A DNA stretch of 35,072 nt from Octopus bimaculoides (Eukaryota), in the NCBI RefSeq assembly GCF_001194135.2, contig NC_068999.1, forward strand, positions 27,670,177-27,705,248, in the 5' to 3' direction. Positions 9,807 through 19,532 of this stretch are shown in pieces. The notes under the pieces were generated by a model. The model ran no database searches. It was not told the DNA's origin and worked only from the letters and a program-made list of their open reading frames with translations. Each line of letters starts with the position of its first letter. Position 1 is the stretch's first letter. The position numbers and the translations under genes were made by a program.

Positions 9807-11480
9807 CATCATCATCATCATCGTTGTTTAACGTCCGCTTTCCATGCTAGCATCAGTTGGACGATTTGACTGGGGACTGGTGAAACCAGATGGCTACACC
9901 AGGCTCCAATCTGATTTGGCAGAGTTTCTACAGCTGGATGTCCTTCCTAACACCAACCACTCCGAGAGTGTAGTAGGTGCTTTTATGTGCCACTGGCACG
10001 AAGGCCAGTCAGGTGGTACTGGCAACGACCATGCTCAAAATGGTGTATTTTACGTGCCACATGCACAGGAGCCAGTTCAAATGTCTTTAAACGTGCCAGG
10101 AAGGCGACGCTGGGCACAGGTGCCATTGACGGTTTCGCTTTCGCTTGCCCCAATAAGTCTTCGCAAGCAGAGTTTCGTGTCCAATGAAGGAGACGGTGTT
10201 GGCATGGGTGCCAGTCGTCGAATTTAGTTCGATTTCGATTTCACTTGCCTCAACAGGTCTTCGCAAGCGGAGTTTAATGTCCAATGAAGGAAGGTACGTA
10301 TAAGTGGGCTGCCTTAGGCCTTCGATTTAGGTCTCACTTGGCTTGCCTGGTCTTCTCACGCACAGTATCTTTCCAAAGGTCTCGGTCAGAAGTCATCGCC
10401 ACGGTGAGGCGCAATGTTCAAAGGTCGTGCCTCACCACCTCATCCCAGGTCTTCCTGGGCCTACCTCTTCTACAGGTTCCCTCCACTGCTAGGGTGTGGC
10501 ACTTTTTCACACAGCTATCCTCATCCATTCTCGCTACATGACCATACCAGCGCAATCGTCTTTCTTGCATACCACAACTGATGCTTCATAAGTTCAACTT
10601 TTCTCTCAAGGTATTAACACTCTGTCTAGTATGCACACTGACATTACACATCCATCGGAGCATACTGGCTTCATTCCTTGCAAGCTTACGCATGTCTTCA
10701 GCAGTCACAGCCCATGTTTCACTGCCATGAAGCATGGCTGTCCGCACACATGCGTCATACAATCTGCCTTTTGCTCTGAGAGAGAGACCCTTTGTCACCA
10801 GCAGAGGTAAGAGCTCTCTGAACTTTGCCCAGGCTATTCTTATTCTAGCAGCTACGCTTTCAGCGTACCCACCCCCACTATTAATTTGGTCACCAAGATA
10901 GCGGAAGCTATCAACCACTTCTAGTTTTTCTCCCTGGAATGTGGCAGAAGTTGTTTTCTGCACATTCATAGTGTTTATAGCTCCTGAACATCTGCTACAA
11001 ACAAAAGCTAACTTCCTAGATAACCTTCCTTTGATATTGCTGCACCTCTTATGTGTCCATAGCTTGCACTGGGTGCATCTTATAGAGTTACTACCCACGC
11101 CTTTTCTACAGATCGAGCAGGGCCATCTACCCAAAAGGGTTTGTGTTTTGTCTGCCTTCCTACTTATTAGGACTTTGGTTTTAGCTAGGTTGACTCTAAG
11201 GCCCTTCGATTCTAGTCCTTGCTTCCACACCTGAAACTTCTCTTCTATTTCTGATAGTGACTCGGCAATTAGTGCAAGGTCATCAGCATAGAGGAGCTCC
11301 CAGAGGCATCCTGTCTTGAATTCCTCTGTTATAGCCTGGAGGACTATGATAAATAGGAGGGGGCTGAGGACAGAACCTTGGTGGACCTCTACCTCCACCC
11401 GGAATACTTCATTGTACTCATTGCCAACCCTCACCTTACTGACAGCATCTCTGTACATGGCTCGCACAGCTCTCACATCA
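9807..11480 (-). mobile_element. 5'-truncated RTE-clade LINE with ~0.5 kb 3'UTR and (GAT)n tail
   Basis: ORF 10586-11476 has QGSVLSPLLF, YADDLALI, FRYLG and HGSETW. A frameshifted continuation reads RRLRWYGHVARM...RGRPRKTW and ends near 10334. The tail aacgatgatgatg lies at ~9807-9830. Confidence 0.92.
10586..11476 (-). CDS. RTE reverse transcriptase C-terminal half containing a PHD-like C4HC3 finger
   Basis: CSIC...CTQC...HKRC...CSRC inserted between the YADD motif and FRYLG. Confidence 0.85.
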   Translation of the reverse strand: MRAVRAMYRDAVSKVRVGNEYNEVFRVEVEVHQGSVLSPLLFIIVLQAITEEFKTGCLWELLYADDLALIAESLSEIEEKFQVWKQGLESKGLRVNLAKTKVLISRKADKTQTLLGRWPCSICRKGVGSNSIRCTQCKLWTHKRCSNIKGRLSRKLAFVCSRCSGAINTMNVQKTTSATFQGEKLEVVDSFRYLGDQINSGGGYAESVAARIRIAWAKFRELLPLLVTKGLSLRAKGRLYDACVRTAMLHGSETWAVTAEDMRKLARNEASMLRWMCNVSVHTRQSVNTLREKLNL

Positions 11481-11936
11481 CCACCAACAAGAACTTAACA
11501 GTCAATCCCCAATGGATTTAATCCCAAGGAGTTGTAGACTACATGCTGCATTGAGTATTTTGAATGTGATTAGGATAAAGATGAATGTAGCTATATCACC
11601 ATTCCTCTTTCTTGACCACCATTATTTTCTTCTTCCACTCTAAATTATAGTAAGTTTTAAGTATTTTTCCCTAAATTCATTCTGCCACAAAAATAGCAAA
11701 GAGAAGCAATGTAATTATTTTAGTCTCTAATATTGATGAAAAATTTGCTAAAAAATTATAATGGTGTATCCTGTATGTTGGAAATCTATATAGCTGTATG
11801 CGCCCAAGGAGAGCAGTTTATTTCAAATTGATGTAATGTTTGCATTGATTGGTTAAATGGAGCCGCTTGAAATGGCTATAATGCACTGATACCTGAACAT
11901 CCTTGTTACGTATTTGCTATATATATATATTTATAA

Positions 11937-11971
<35 letters not shown>

Positions 11972-12501
11972 TACATATAGAAGAAGAAGAAGAATATAAC
12001 ACAAGGATGGAAGTTAACTGGCTTTAATAGTGGATCACAACATATGGTTCTGCATCCCACATCAGCTTTAAGTTACCAGATTTATATCGTATAACATTTT
12101 TAATCCAAAATACACTAAACTAGTATATATAAAATATATATAGTATGTTTTATATATATATGTATGTTTTGTGTATGTGTCAGTTGCCCCCACCACCACT
12201 TGACAATAGTCAGTTTATTTATTCACAATACTGCTTTCATGTGCTTACTACAATATTTTATTCTTGCCTGGCTAACATCAGTTTTGATACTAATTTTCTG
12301 TGAGGAAGCAAAGACTTCCAGAGTTGTCTCATACTGTACCAGGATTGATTATAAATGCAGGAAGCCGACAAGACTTTATGTCACAAGGGGCCAAATTTAA
12401 CTGTTTTAAGTAATAATATATGTAACTCCTACTAAATATGTTGAGTGCCTCCCTTGTTCCTTTGTCCACTCACCTCTGTGTATATAGGGGTATGGCAGTG
12501 A

Positions 12502-12891
12502 CATCATTTACTGCGGTCAACGCTATGGCAAGATTCTCTTTCTTCTCTGACAAGGAACGATTCCCATCATACCATATGCATCCCATCATATCATACTATA
12601 TATAGCAAAAACAAAACTGATGCAAATACATCTTTGCCACTAAACAGCATCAAAGCATTTGACAGTTCAGTAAAGCGGCAACTGAACAACAACATCAACA
12701 ACAATATTGATAGTAAAGAAGTGAAACCTAGAGGAGGAAAGATAAAGAAAGAAAATTTTGAAAGAAACATGAACTGCCAGTGCCACCACCATAAAGTAGC
12801 TACAGCCATAACAAGAGATGCTGGAAAGGGGATTTCTTTTGCAAATGTTACAAGAAATCTAGTGGATTTGGTCAATGATAAGTACAGGTGA
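12502..12891 (+). other. Open reading stretch of ~130 codons, possible host exon of unknown product
   Basis: The ORF-track frame 12634-12891 stays open back to 12502. There is a pyrimidine tract plus AAG at 12535-12554 and a CAG|GTGAAG near 12888. No recognisable domain. Confidence 0.2.
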
Positions 12892-13159
12892 AGTGGTTGA
12901 AGGTAAATAGGGGTAGAGATAATCAATGGTAAATGAGTGAGGGTGAAAGATGGATGTTAATAGGAAATGGCTCTGAGGAGAGAGAATGATGACTCGCAGT
13001 ACACAAAGGGTAATACATTGTAATGAATTCTGCCTTCATTAAATACGTCAAAATATTGTTGGCATCCTTTTGTCTCGGGAGACAATGGAGTTGCGCATAA
13101 ACTAATCCAGTCTGGTTTTTACATTTCATGTCCTCTCCAGTTTTGCGTAGACCTGGGCT

Positions 13160-15343
13160 AGATGTAATATTAACCCCTATTGTGATGCTACTGGCGTCAC
13201 ACCATACTATCCCACTCTTTGATTTTGGAACATACCAACTGCCCCTCACTGGATCCTCTGCTCTCACTCTGATCAAGACTTCCTGCATCATGTCGGTCTT
13301 CTACTCCCCAACTCTATCGTTCCACCTCACTCCTTCGGTTCATCTCTTGATGAAGCCACATGCTGTCTGGAGCCATCCTGCAATCAGGTAGTGTCCCACC
13401 AGCTTCCCACACACTGAGAACAGTTCTTGTCTACTCATGCTGGTGCCCAGTTTGAGGATCTCATTCCCTTGCCAGAACACCAATGCGTCGGCCTTGTCTC
13501 TCTATAGCTAGAGGCCCAGTGCAGCACCTCCCTCCATTGCCTCTGGTGGCTTGGCGTTCAGTCCAAAACTCTTCAGGTGGCCTATGACTTCAGTTGCTGG
13601 CATTACGGCTTCATCCACCAGGATCTCATTGGTATACGAATTGGTGGCCCTTTTTACTCTGTCTACCTTTCCCAGGATGGCCTTGAGAAGTGTTACCATA
13701 ATCTTGGCGCTGAATTTAGCCCGAACCCCAGCTGGTCAGTATGCCCAGCCCTTATACCCAGTATGTCCGGCCCTTAAACCTGACAAGCTGATGCTGCTAC
13801 AGTCTCTCAGCCACATGCATCTGCAGGTATGCTGACTTCAAATCAATGATCGTGGAGGCCCCTGTCATCTGCCTCCACTCTTGCAAGGTGTCGTGGCCTC
13901 ACCACCCGTATGTCATGATATGTGGTCATTCAACTCTCAGAAGTCAAGCACTGGCCTGACTCTATGCTTTGTGGGCTGTACCACCACCATTAGTGGCAGG
14001 ACTCCACTCTCTACTTCTTCTTCCCAACGGATCAATATGCCCTCCTTAATCCATCTCTCCACCTCCCCCTCAAACTTACTTCTGGCATCTTTCAGAGTAT
14101 GCTGATAGCAGCCCACTTTATTTTTTAATGTCAAGGGCTCTCCCTTCCAGTGCCACTCAACTGTCCACCCTTGGCCATCAAAGACAGCACGAAAGTCCTG
14201 GTCTTCAATGGTGTGTGCAGCATACTTTTCTTTGCAGTTCTCACCAATGCACGGTGTCCCCATACACGGTTTCCCCGCAACCCCAAACGTTACACCGGCC
14301 TTGTTGACAGTGACACCTCCTAAACGGGTGACTGCATCCATCCCTATCACCATGTCAGTCTTATCCACCAAGTGGCCAACTACAATTGCTTGCAGCATCA
14401 GCTTTGTTCCCTGCACTACAATCTGCGCATCTGTAATGCCTTCACAGTGTACCTCTCTCCTGTCGACTGCCCTTACACTGCTCACTCCACTCCACATCTC
14501 TACCACTTCTGGAGTCATCAGGGTCGTCATACAGCCCATGTCCACAAAGGCTCGCGACATCTTCCCCTCCACCAGAATGTCGACTACAGGTAACAATAAA
14601 CGCACCTCTATTGATCCGAAGGAATAACTACCGGTACAGTAGTCTCCCTTAGACCGTCTGGCTATATGTCCTGTTTCTTGACACCGGTAGCAAATGACAT
14701 CAGGCTTGGGTGACTTGCAGTCTCGCACTATGTGCAGGTCCTGACACCGGAAACTCTGTCCTTTGAATGGTTGCTCATATTCCTTGTTTGACCCCTCTCT
14801 GCTACTCCTTGTTCGGCCACTTTTCGTTGTTGCAGTTTCTGCTACCGGTGGTGCCCTGCAACACGAAACTAGCACATAAGCCCGAGATATAATGTCTGCC
14901 ATCACCATAGAGTTAATGTTCGGTAGCTTTTGCAACTCAACCAACATGTGGTCAGGAAAGCCAGTCACAACCGTTCGGTCCAGTGATTCACCTTCATATC
15001 CCGCCAGTTTAGCCAATCTCCTGAGTTTGTTGGTAAATACTTCAACCTGTTTGCTGGTCCACTTTGCTTTCCCCAAGGCAAGCGTACGCTTCGAACATTC
15101 CTTCTGCAAAGGCCTCCATCAAACGGATTTCTATTTTTTCCACGCTAAGTTGGTCCTTTTCTTCCATTTCTAGGTATAGCGCCAACGCCGAACCATCTAG
15201 GTACAGCGGTATAAAACTCGCTAAGTCATTTATCCTGTGGAATTTCGCAACCAACCTCATTTTCTTCAACCAAGCGGCTACATCCGTGTCACCGCAGAAC
15301 GGTTTGACTATATTGTTCGAAATATGGATTACACTCATCATTC

Positions 15344-15391
<48 letters not shown>

Positions 15392-15597
15392 TTATGGGCC
15401 GTAATAGTTTGTTGTGTGATGGAGGAGAAAGATAACAGAAAAAGAAGCAAAAGGAAGAAAGAAATGCAGAGAGCTTACCTGTTGACTGAGGTGGGATGAG
15501 CGATCATGCCCCGTGGCTCTTCCACCAGTCCCTGCAGTCTTCACTTCCGTTTGCCTCATCTGCAATCCTCTCCACTATCACCACATAGCTCATCACA
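13160..15597 (-). mobile_element. 3'-truncated Gypsy-type LTR retrotransposon (5' LTR, gag, CCHC, PR, RT, start of RNase H), related to the 2044-3898 element
   Basis: LTR 15415-15597 (TGTGATG...CATCACA); Gag 15042-15341 continuing in ORF 13937-15109 with knuckles (CYRCQETGHIARR), protease RAFVDMGC and RT start VLPLMVVVQPTKHRVRPVLDF; decayed YxDD (NSYTNEILVDE ~13620); RNase H start VWCDASS (~13200). No integrase or 3' LTR found; the lower boundary is approximate. Confidence 0.9.
15415..15597 (-). repeat. LTR with 7-bp inverted termini
   Basis: Begins tgtgatg and ends catcaca; both ends resemble those of the LTRs at 2044 and 3562. Confidence 0.75.
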
Positions 15598-15621
15598 GTC
15601 CACAACACCACAAACACCACA

Positions 15622-16647
15622 ATTATCCCCTAAAAAGACAGTTTGCTGAAGGCTTGAATGTCTTTGATGATAGGTTTGCTGTATCAGGGTTGATTTGAGG
15701 CTAAATAACAACAAAATTATTATTAAGACAGACCAACGATGTAGCCTGTATGTTGTTGCATGACCTGCTAGAAAGAGTAGCCAAACTTTTTTTTATATAA
15801 GAATAGGAAAACCTCTATCCTGTGATATACACCTAGAGTCCATTATGTCTGGGAAGAAAGACGGAATGGCCACATTTGGGACGTCTTTGATCATATCTGT
15901 TCAATCAGATCCAACTCGGGACTAAACAACAGGTGACGAAGGGAACGAGACGAGGCAACAAGAGAGCTTTTACCTGGTCGCTCGAGTTGCTAGAAAGAGC
16001 AACCAAATCTTCTTGACAAAAAGAAAAATGAAATTTCCGTCTTCAAGAAAAAAAAATTCAAGTGTATGTTATTTTATAATGTTCACTAAGGAATTCATTA
16101 CTTCTACAAAAGAATAAGCCAAACTTGTCATGGCTGGAACGCCTTTTCTCACAGATCCATTGCAATGAGAGCTATCCTGTGGTTAAAACAATATTCTTCC
16201 CTGAATGATGAAGCAGCTAAAGTTGAAGAAAAGCTGAAAGAATAAAAGATAGCAAGTATCCATATTCCAAATATTGGGATTCCCTTGACTAGCATAATTT
16301 ATTCAGATTTTCGTATGAAATAAATAGAAAATGTCATGGGAACTCGGTACATATCATGGCTAATATCCAGTGTTGTACGAGAGTAGTTTCACGGATCTTA
16401 CAGGTTTTTTTTATTATTTTTTTTTAACTAAACAGTTTGAAATTTTGGATGTGTCAGGTTTTTCTATTCTGTATATAAAAAAAGTTTGGCTACTTTTTCT
16501 AGCAGGTCATGCAACAACATACAGGCTCTGTCGTTGGTCTGTCTCAGTAATAATTTTGTTGTTATTTAGACTCAAATCAACCCTGATACAGCAAACCTAT
16601 CATCAAAAACATCCCAGCCTTCAGCAAACCGTCTTTTTAAGGATAAT
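15622..16647. repeat. Foldback structure: ~190 bp inverted repeats (15622-15814 / 16456-16647) around a ~640 bp spacer
   Basis: attatcccctaaaaagacagtttgctgaagg... pairs with ...ccttcagcaaaccgtctttttaaggataat. The arms align along their length with scattered mismatches. Confidence 0.85.
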
Positions 16648-17364
16648 CTAGGACATTACGTACGATGGGCGAGTGATTTAGGTAGGAGGATACTTTGGCT
16701 GCTATTTTTAGCGTGTCAAGCGACCAGGTAGAGGCTCTTTCATTGGTTCGATTGCATGATGAGATTTTTTTACACATATATGTATGTATCTATATCATCG
16801 GCAGAAGTTAGAAAGTAAATCAAAAGCTGAGAGTTTCGTGTACTGGCACTTATCAAACACGAATTTGGCCATTGTCACTCTGTAACTTCTGCCTATTATT
16901 AATGTGTGAGNNNNNNNNNNNNNNNNNNNNNNNNNNNNNNNNNNNNNNNNNNNNACAGATGCATGGACGGACACATTTTCATATATATTGCTTTAAAAAC
17001 ATCTCTGATTATTAAAGAAGGGTTTTGTTAGGGGAGATTTTCAGTTAATTTTTTTCTGTTGTCGAAGACTCATCATTTTGTCAATGGACCCGGAAGTTGT
17101 TGTTTGCAAACAGCAGCAGTAATTTTCTTCAGCTGAATACATGTCATTGATTGGTTAAAATTACCCAAATACAACGGCTTTAACACGAAATAACTTCTAA
17201 AATACAAAATTTTGCCAAAAACATTAAGAGTAAACCCTGCTCTACATGACACATTCTACCAGTATCCTAAGTTTCAAAGTATTTAGTTAAGAAAGATTAA
17301 TGAAAAATCTGAACGTCAAATTGAATAGATCCCATCTAAATGCTACATTTAGCAGTGGGCTACC

Positions 17365-18006
17365 TCATATCGAATTGATATGGCACATCAAATCTAGCCT
17401 GCTACAATTATTTGGGTATATTATGCAATTCTTAATCTTCTTGTAGAATCCAGCTACTTTAGTCATACAGAAGTAGCTGTCAGCATAGTGGTTAATCTGC
17501 TCCCACCATACCATTGATTCTCCAAACGGCATAAATTTCAGTTTTCCAACTGACCACATTTGGAACTTACAAATGCAACTCTTGCAAGTTTTGTGAGGTA
17601 CAAATGGCTTGTCCTGGTCTTCCAATTTGCAGTCAAAATAAACTAAATAGCAACACTTCAACAAAGGAGTAATGTTACTCCAGGAATCTGAAAGGGTGAA
17701 TTGCCTGCAGACATAGCAAAATATGTCTGGTGAATTTATGCAGCCACTAGATACATTCACAATCTGAAAAATAAAGAAAAATATATTGGGTTTAATATTT
17801 AAATCAATATAAGGTAAGCATTTTTATTTGTAATATACTTTATTATTTGCTTATGTTATATAAAAAGAGAAAATTAACGTTTTTGTATGACTTAAGAACC
17901 TGATGTAATAGAGATGTAAAAAAAAACACCTTGAATCACTGTTTTTCATATATATTTCGGAAAAGATACCATACAGTCAATAAAAAAAAAATCATGCAGA
18001 CCAGTG
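17365..18006 (-). mobile_element. 5' end of a Chapaev3-like (CMC superfamily) DNA transposon with N-terminal Cys-rich transposase domain
   Basis: ORF CINSPDIFCYVCRQ...YFDCKLEDQDKPFVPHKTCKSC...MPFG..MVW.EQ.NH..D.YFC. Minus-strand terminus CACTGG at 18006. A 3' splice-like tttttctttatttttcag lies just before the ORF. The family name comes from recalled motif similarity. Confidence 0.6.
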
Positions 18007-18014
18007 TTCTTTTC

Positions 18015-18213
18015 TACTCTAGACACAAGGCCTGAAATTTCAGGGGAGGAATGCCAGTTGATTAGATCGAAACCAGTACGCAACTAGTACTTAATTTATC
18101 GACTCTGAAAGGATGAAAGGCAAAGTCAACTTCGGCGGAATTGAACTCAGAACATAAAGACAGATGAAATACCGGTAAGCGTTTCGCTAACGTCGCTGTC
18201 AGCTCGCCGCCTT
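18015..18213 (-). mobile_element. tRNA-derived SINE (second family)
   Basis: Minus strand: ggcggcgagctgacag head, B-box-like GAGTTCAATTCC, central gactttgcctttcatcctttcagagtcgataaattaagtac block. That block recurs on + at ~25045-25115. Confidence 0.75.
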
Positions 18214-18327
18214 ACACGTTCAATCAGTGCCGTTTGTTTCATTCTGCTACATCATCATTTAACGTCCGCCTTCCATGCTAGCATGGGTTGGCTACATTAT
18301 GTACAAAACTCAGTACTTTCCAGCTTT

Positions 18328-19278
18328 NNNNNNNNNNNNNNNNNNNNNNNNNNNNNNNNNNNNNNNNNNNNNNNNNNNNNNNNNNNNNNNNNNNNNNNNN
18401 NNNNNNNNNNNNNNNNNNNNNNNNNNNNNNNNNNNNNNNNNNNNNNNNNNNNNNNNNNNNNNNNNNNNNNNNNNNNNNNNNNNNNNNNNNNNNNNNNNNN
18501 NNNNNNNNNNNNNNNNNNNNNNNNNNNNNNNNNNNNNNNNNNNNNNNNNNNNNNNNNNNNNNNNNNNNNNNNNNNNNNNNNNNNNNNNNNNNNNNNNNNN
18601 NNNNNNNNNNNNNNNNNNNNNNNNNNNNNNNNNNNNNNNNNNNNNNNNNNNNNNNNNNNNNNNNNNNNNNNNNNNNNNNNNNNNNNNNNNNNNNNNNNNN
18701 NNNNNNNNNNNNNNNNNNNNNNNNNNNNNNNNNNNNNNNNNNNNNNNNNNNNNNNNNNNNNNNNNNNNNNNNNNNNNNNNNNNNNNNNNNNNNNNNNNNN
18801 NNNNNNNNNNNNNNNNNNNNNNNNNNNNNNNNNNNNNNNNNNNNNNNNNNNNNNNNNNNNNNNNNNNNNNNNNNNNNNNNNNNNNNNNNNNNNNNNNNNN
18901 NNNNNNNNNNNNNNNNNNNNNNNNNNNNNNNNNNNNNNNNNNNNNNNNNNNNNNNNNNNNNNNNNNNNNNNNNNNNNNNNNNNNNNNNNNNNNNNNNNNN
19001 NNNNNNNNNNNNNNNNNNNNNNNNNNNNNNNNNNNNNNNNNNNNNNNNNNNNNNNNNNNNNNNNNNNNNNNNNNNNNNNNNNNNNNNNNNNNNNNNNNNN
19101 NNNNNNNNNNNNNNNNNNNNNNNNNNNNNNNNNNNNNNNNNNNNNNNNNNNNNNNNNNNNNNNNNNNNNNNNNNNNNNNNNNNNNNNNNNNNNNNNNNNN
19201 NNNNNNNNNNNNNNNNNNNNNNNNNNNNNNNNNNNNNNNNNNNNNNNNNNNNNNNNNNNNNNNNNNNNNNNNNNNNNN
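18328..19278. other. Assembly gap (N run); other gaps at 5052-5148 and 16911-16954
   Basis: Runs of n; the ORF calls spanning them are artefacts. Confidence 1.
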
Positions 19279-19423
19279 TTATTTAAAAGTAGCAGAAATA
19301 TAACAAAAAAACCGTTACTCTGAGTTTCACGTTCCCGTTCATCGGACAGTTTTGTCCGATGAACGGGAACGTGAAACTCAGAGTAACGGTTTTTTTTGTT
19401 ATATTTCTGCTGCTTTTAAATAA
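19279..19423. repeat. 70-bp near-perfect inverted repeat (4-nt loop) of a hammerhead-bearing sequence, next to a gap
   Basis: Arms 19279-19348 and 19353-19423 differ by one substitution (agtagc/agcagc) and one base in an A/T run. Confidence 0.9.
19309..19352 (-). ncRNA. Minimal type-I hammerhead motif with U4C core variant
   Basis: Minus strand: AAACUGU CCGAUGA ACG-GGAA-CGU GAAA CUCAGAG UA ACGGUUU. 7-bp stem I (one G.U), 3-bp stem II, near-palindromic stem III, GUA site. Confidence 0.6.
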
Positions 19424-19497
19424 AGCATATTACTCTACCTCTGGTATTTGAGTACTCTTTTTTCCACCTTGTTGCACATTTCATGTGCTTACTCCGG

Positions 19498-19532
<35 letters not shown>

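Noticed and set aside
12488-12550. GYGSDIIYCG peptide after an AG, resembling a CUB continuation
   Set aside because: Too short, ends in a stop, wrong phase, and lies upstream of the CUB-like exon.
18275-19323. Three ~340-aa ORFs
   Set aside because: They span an N gap and consist of X residues.
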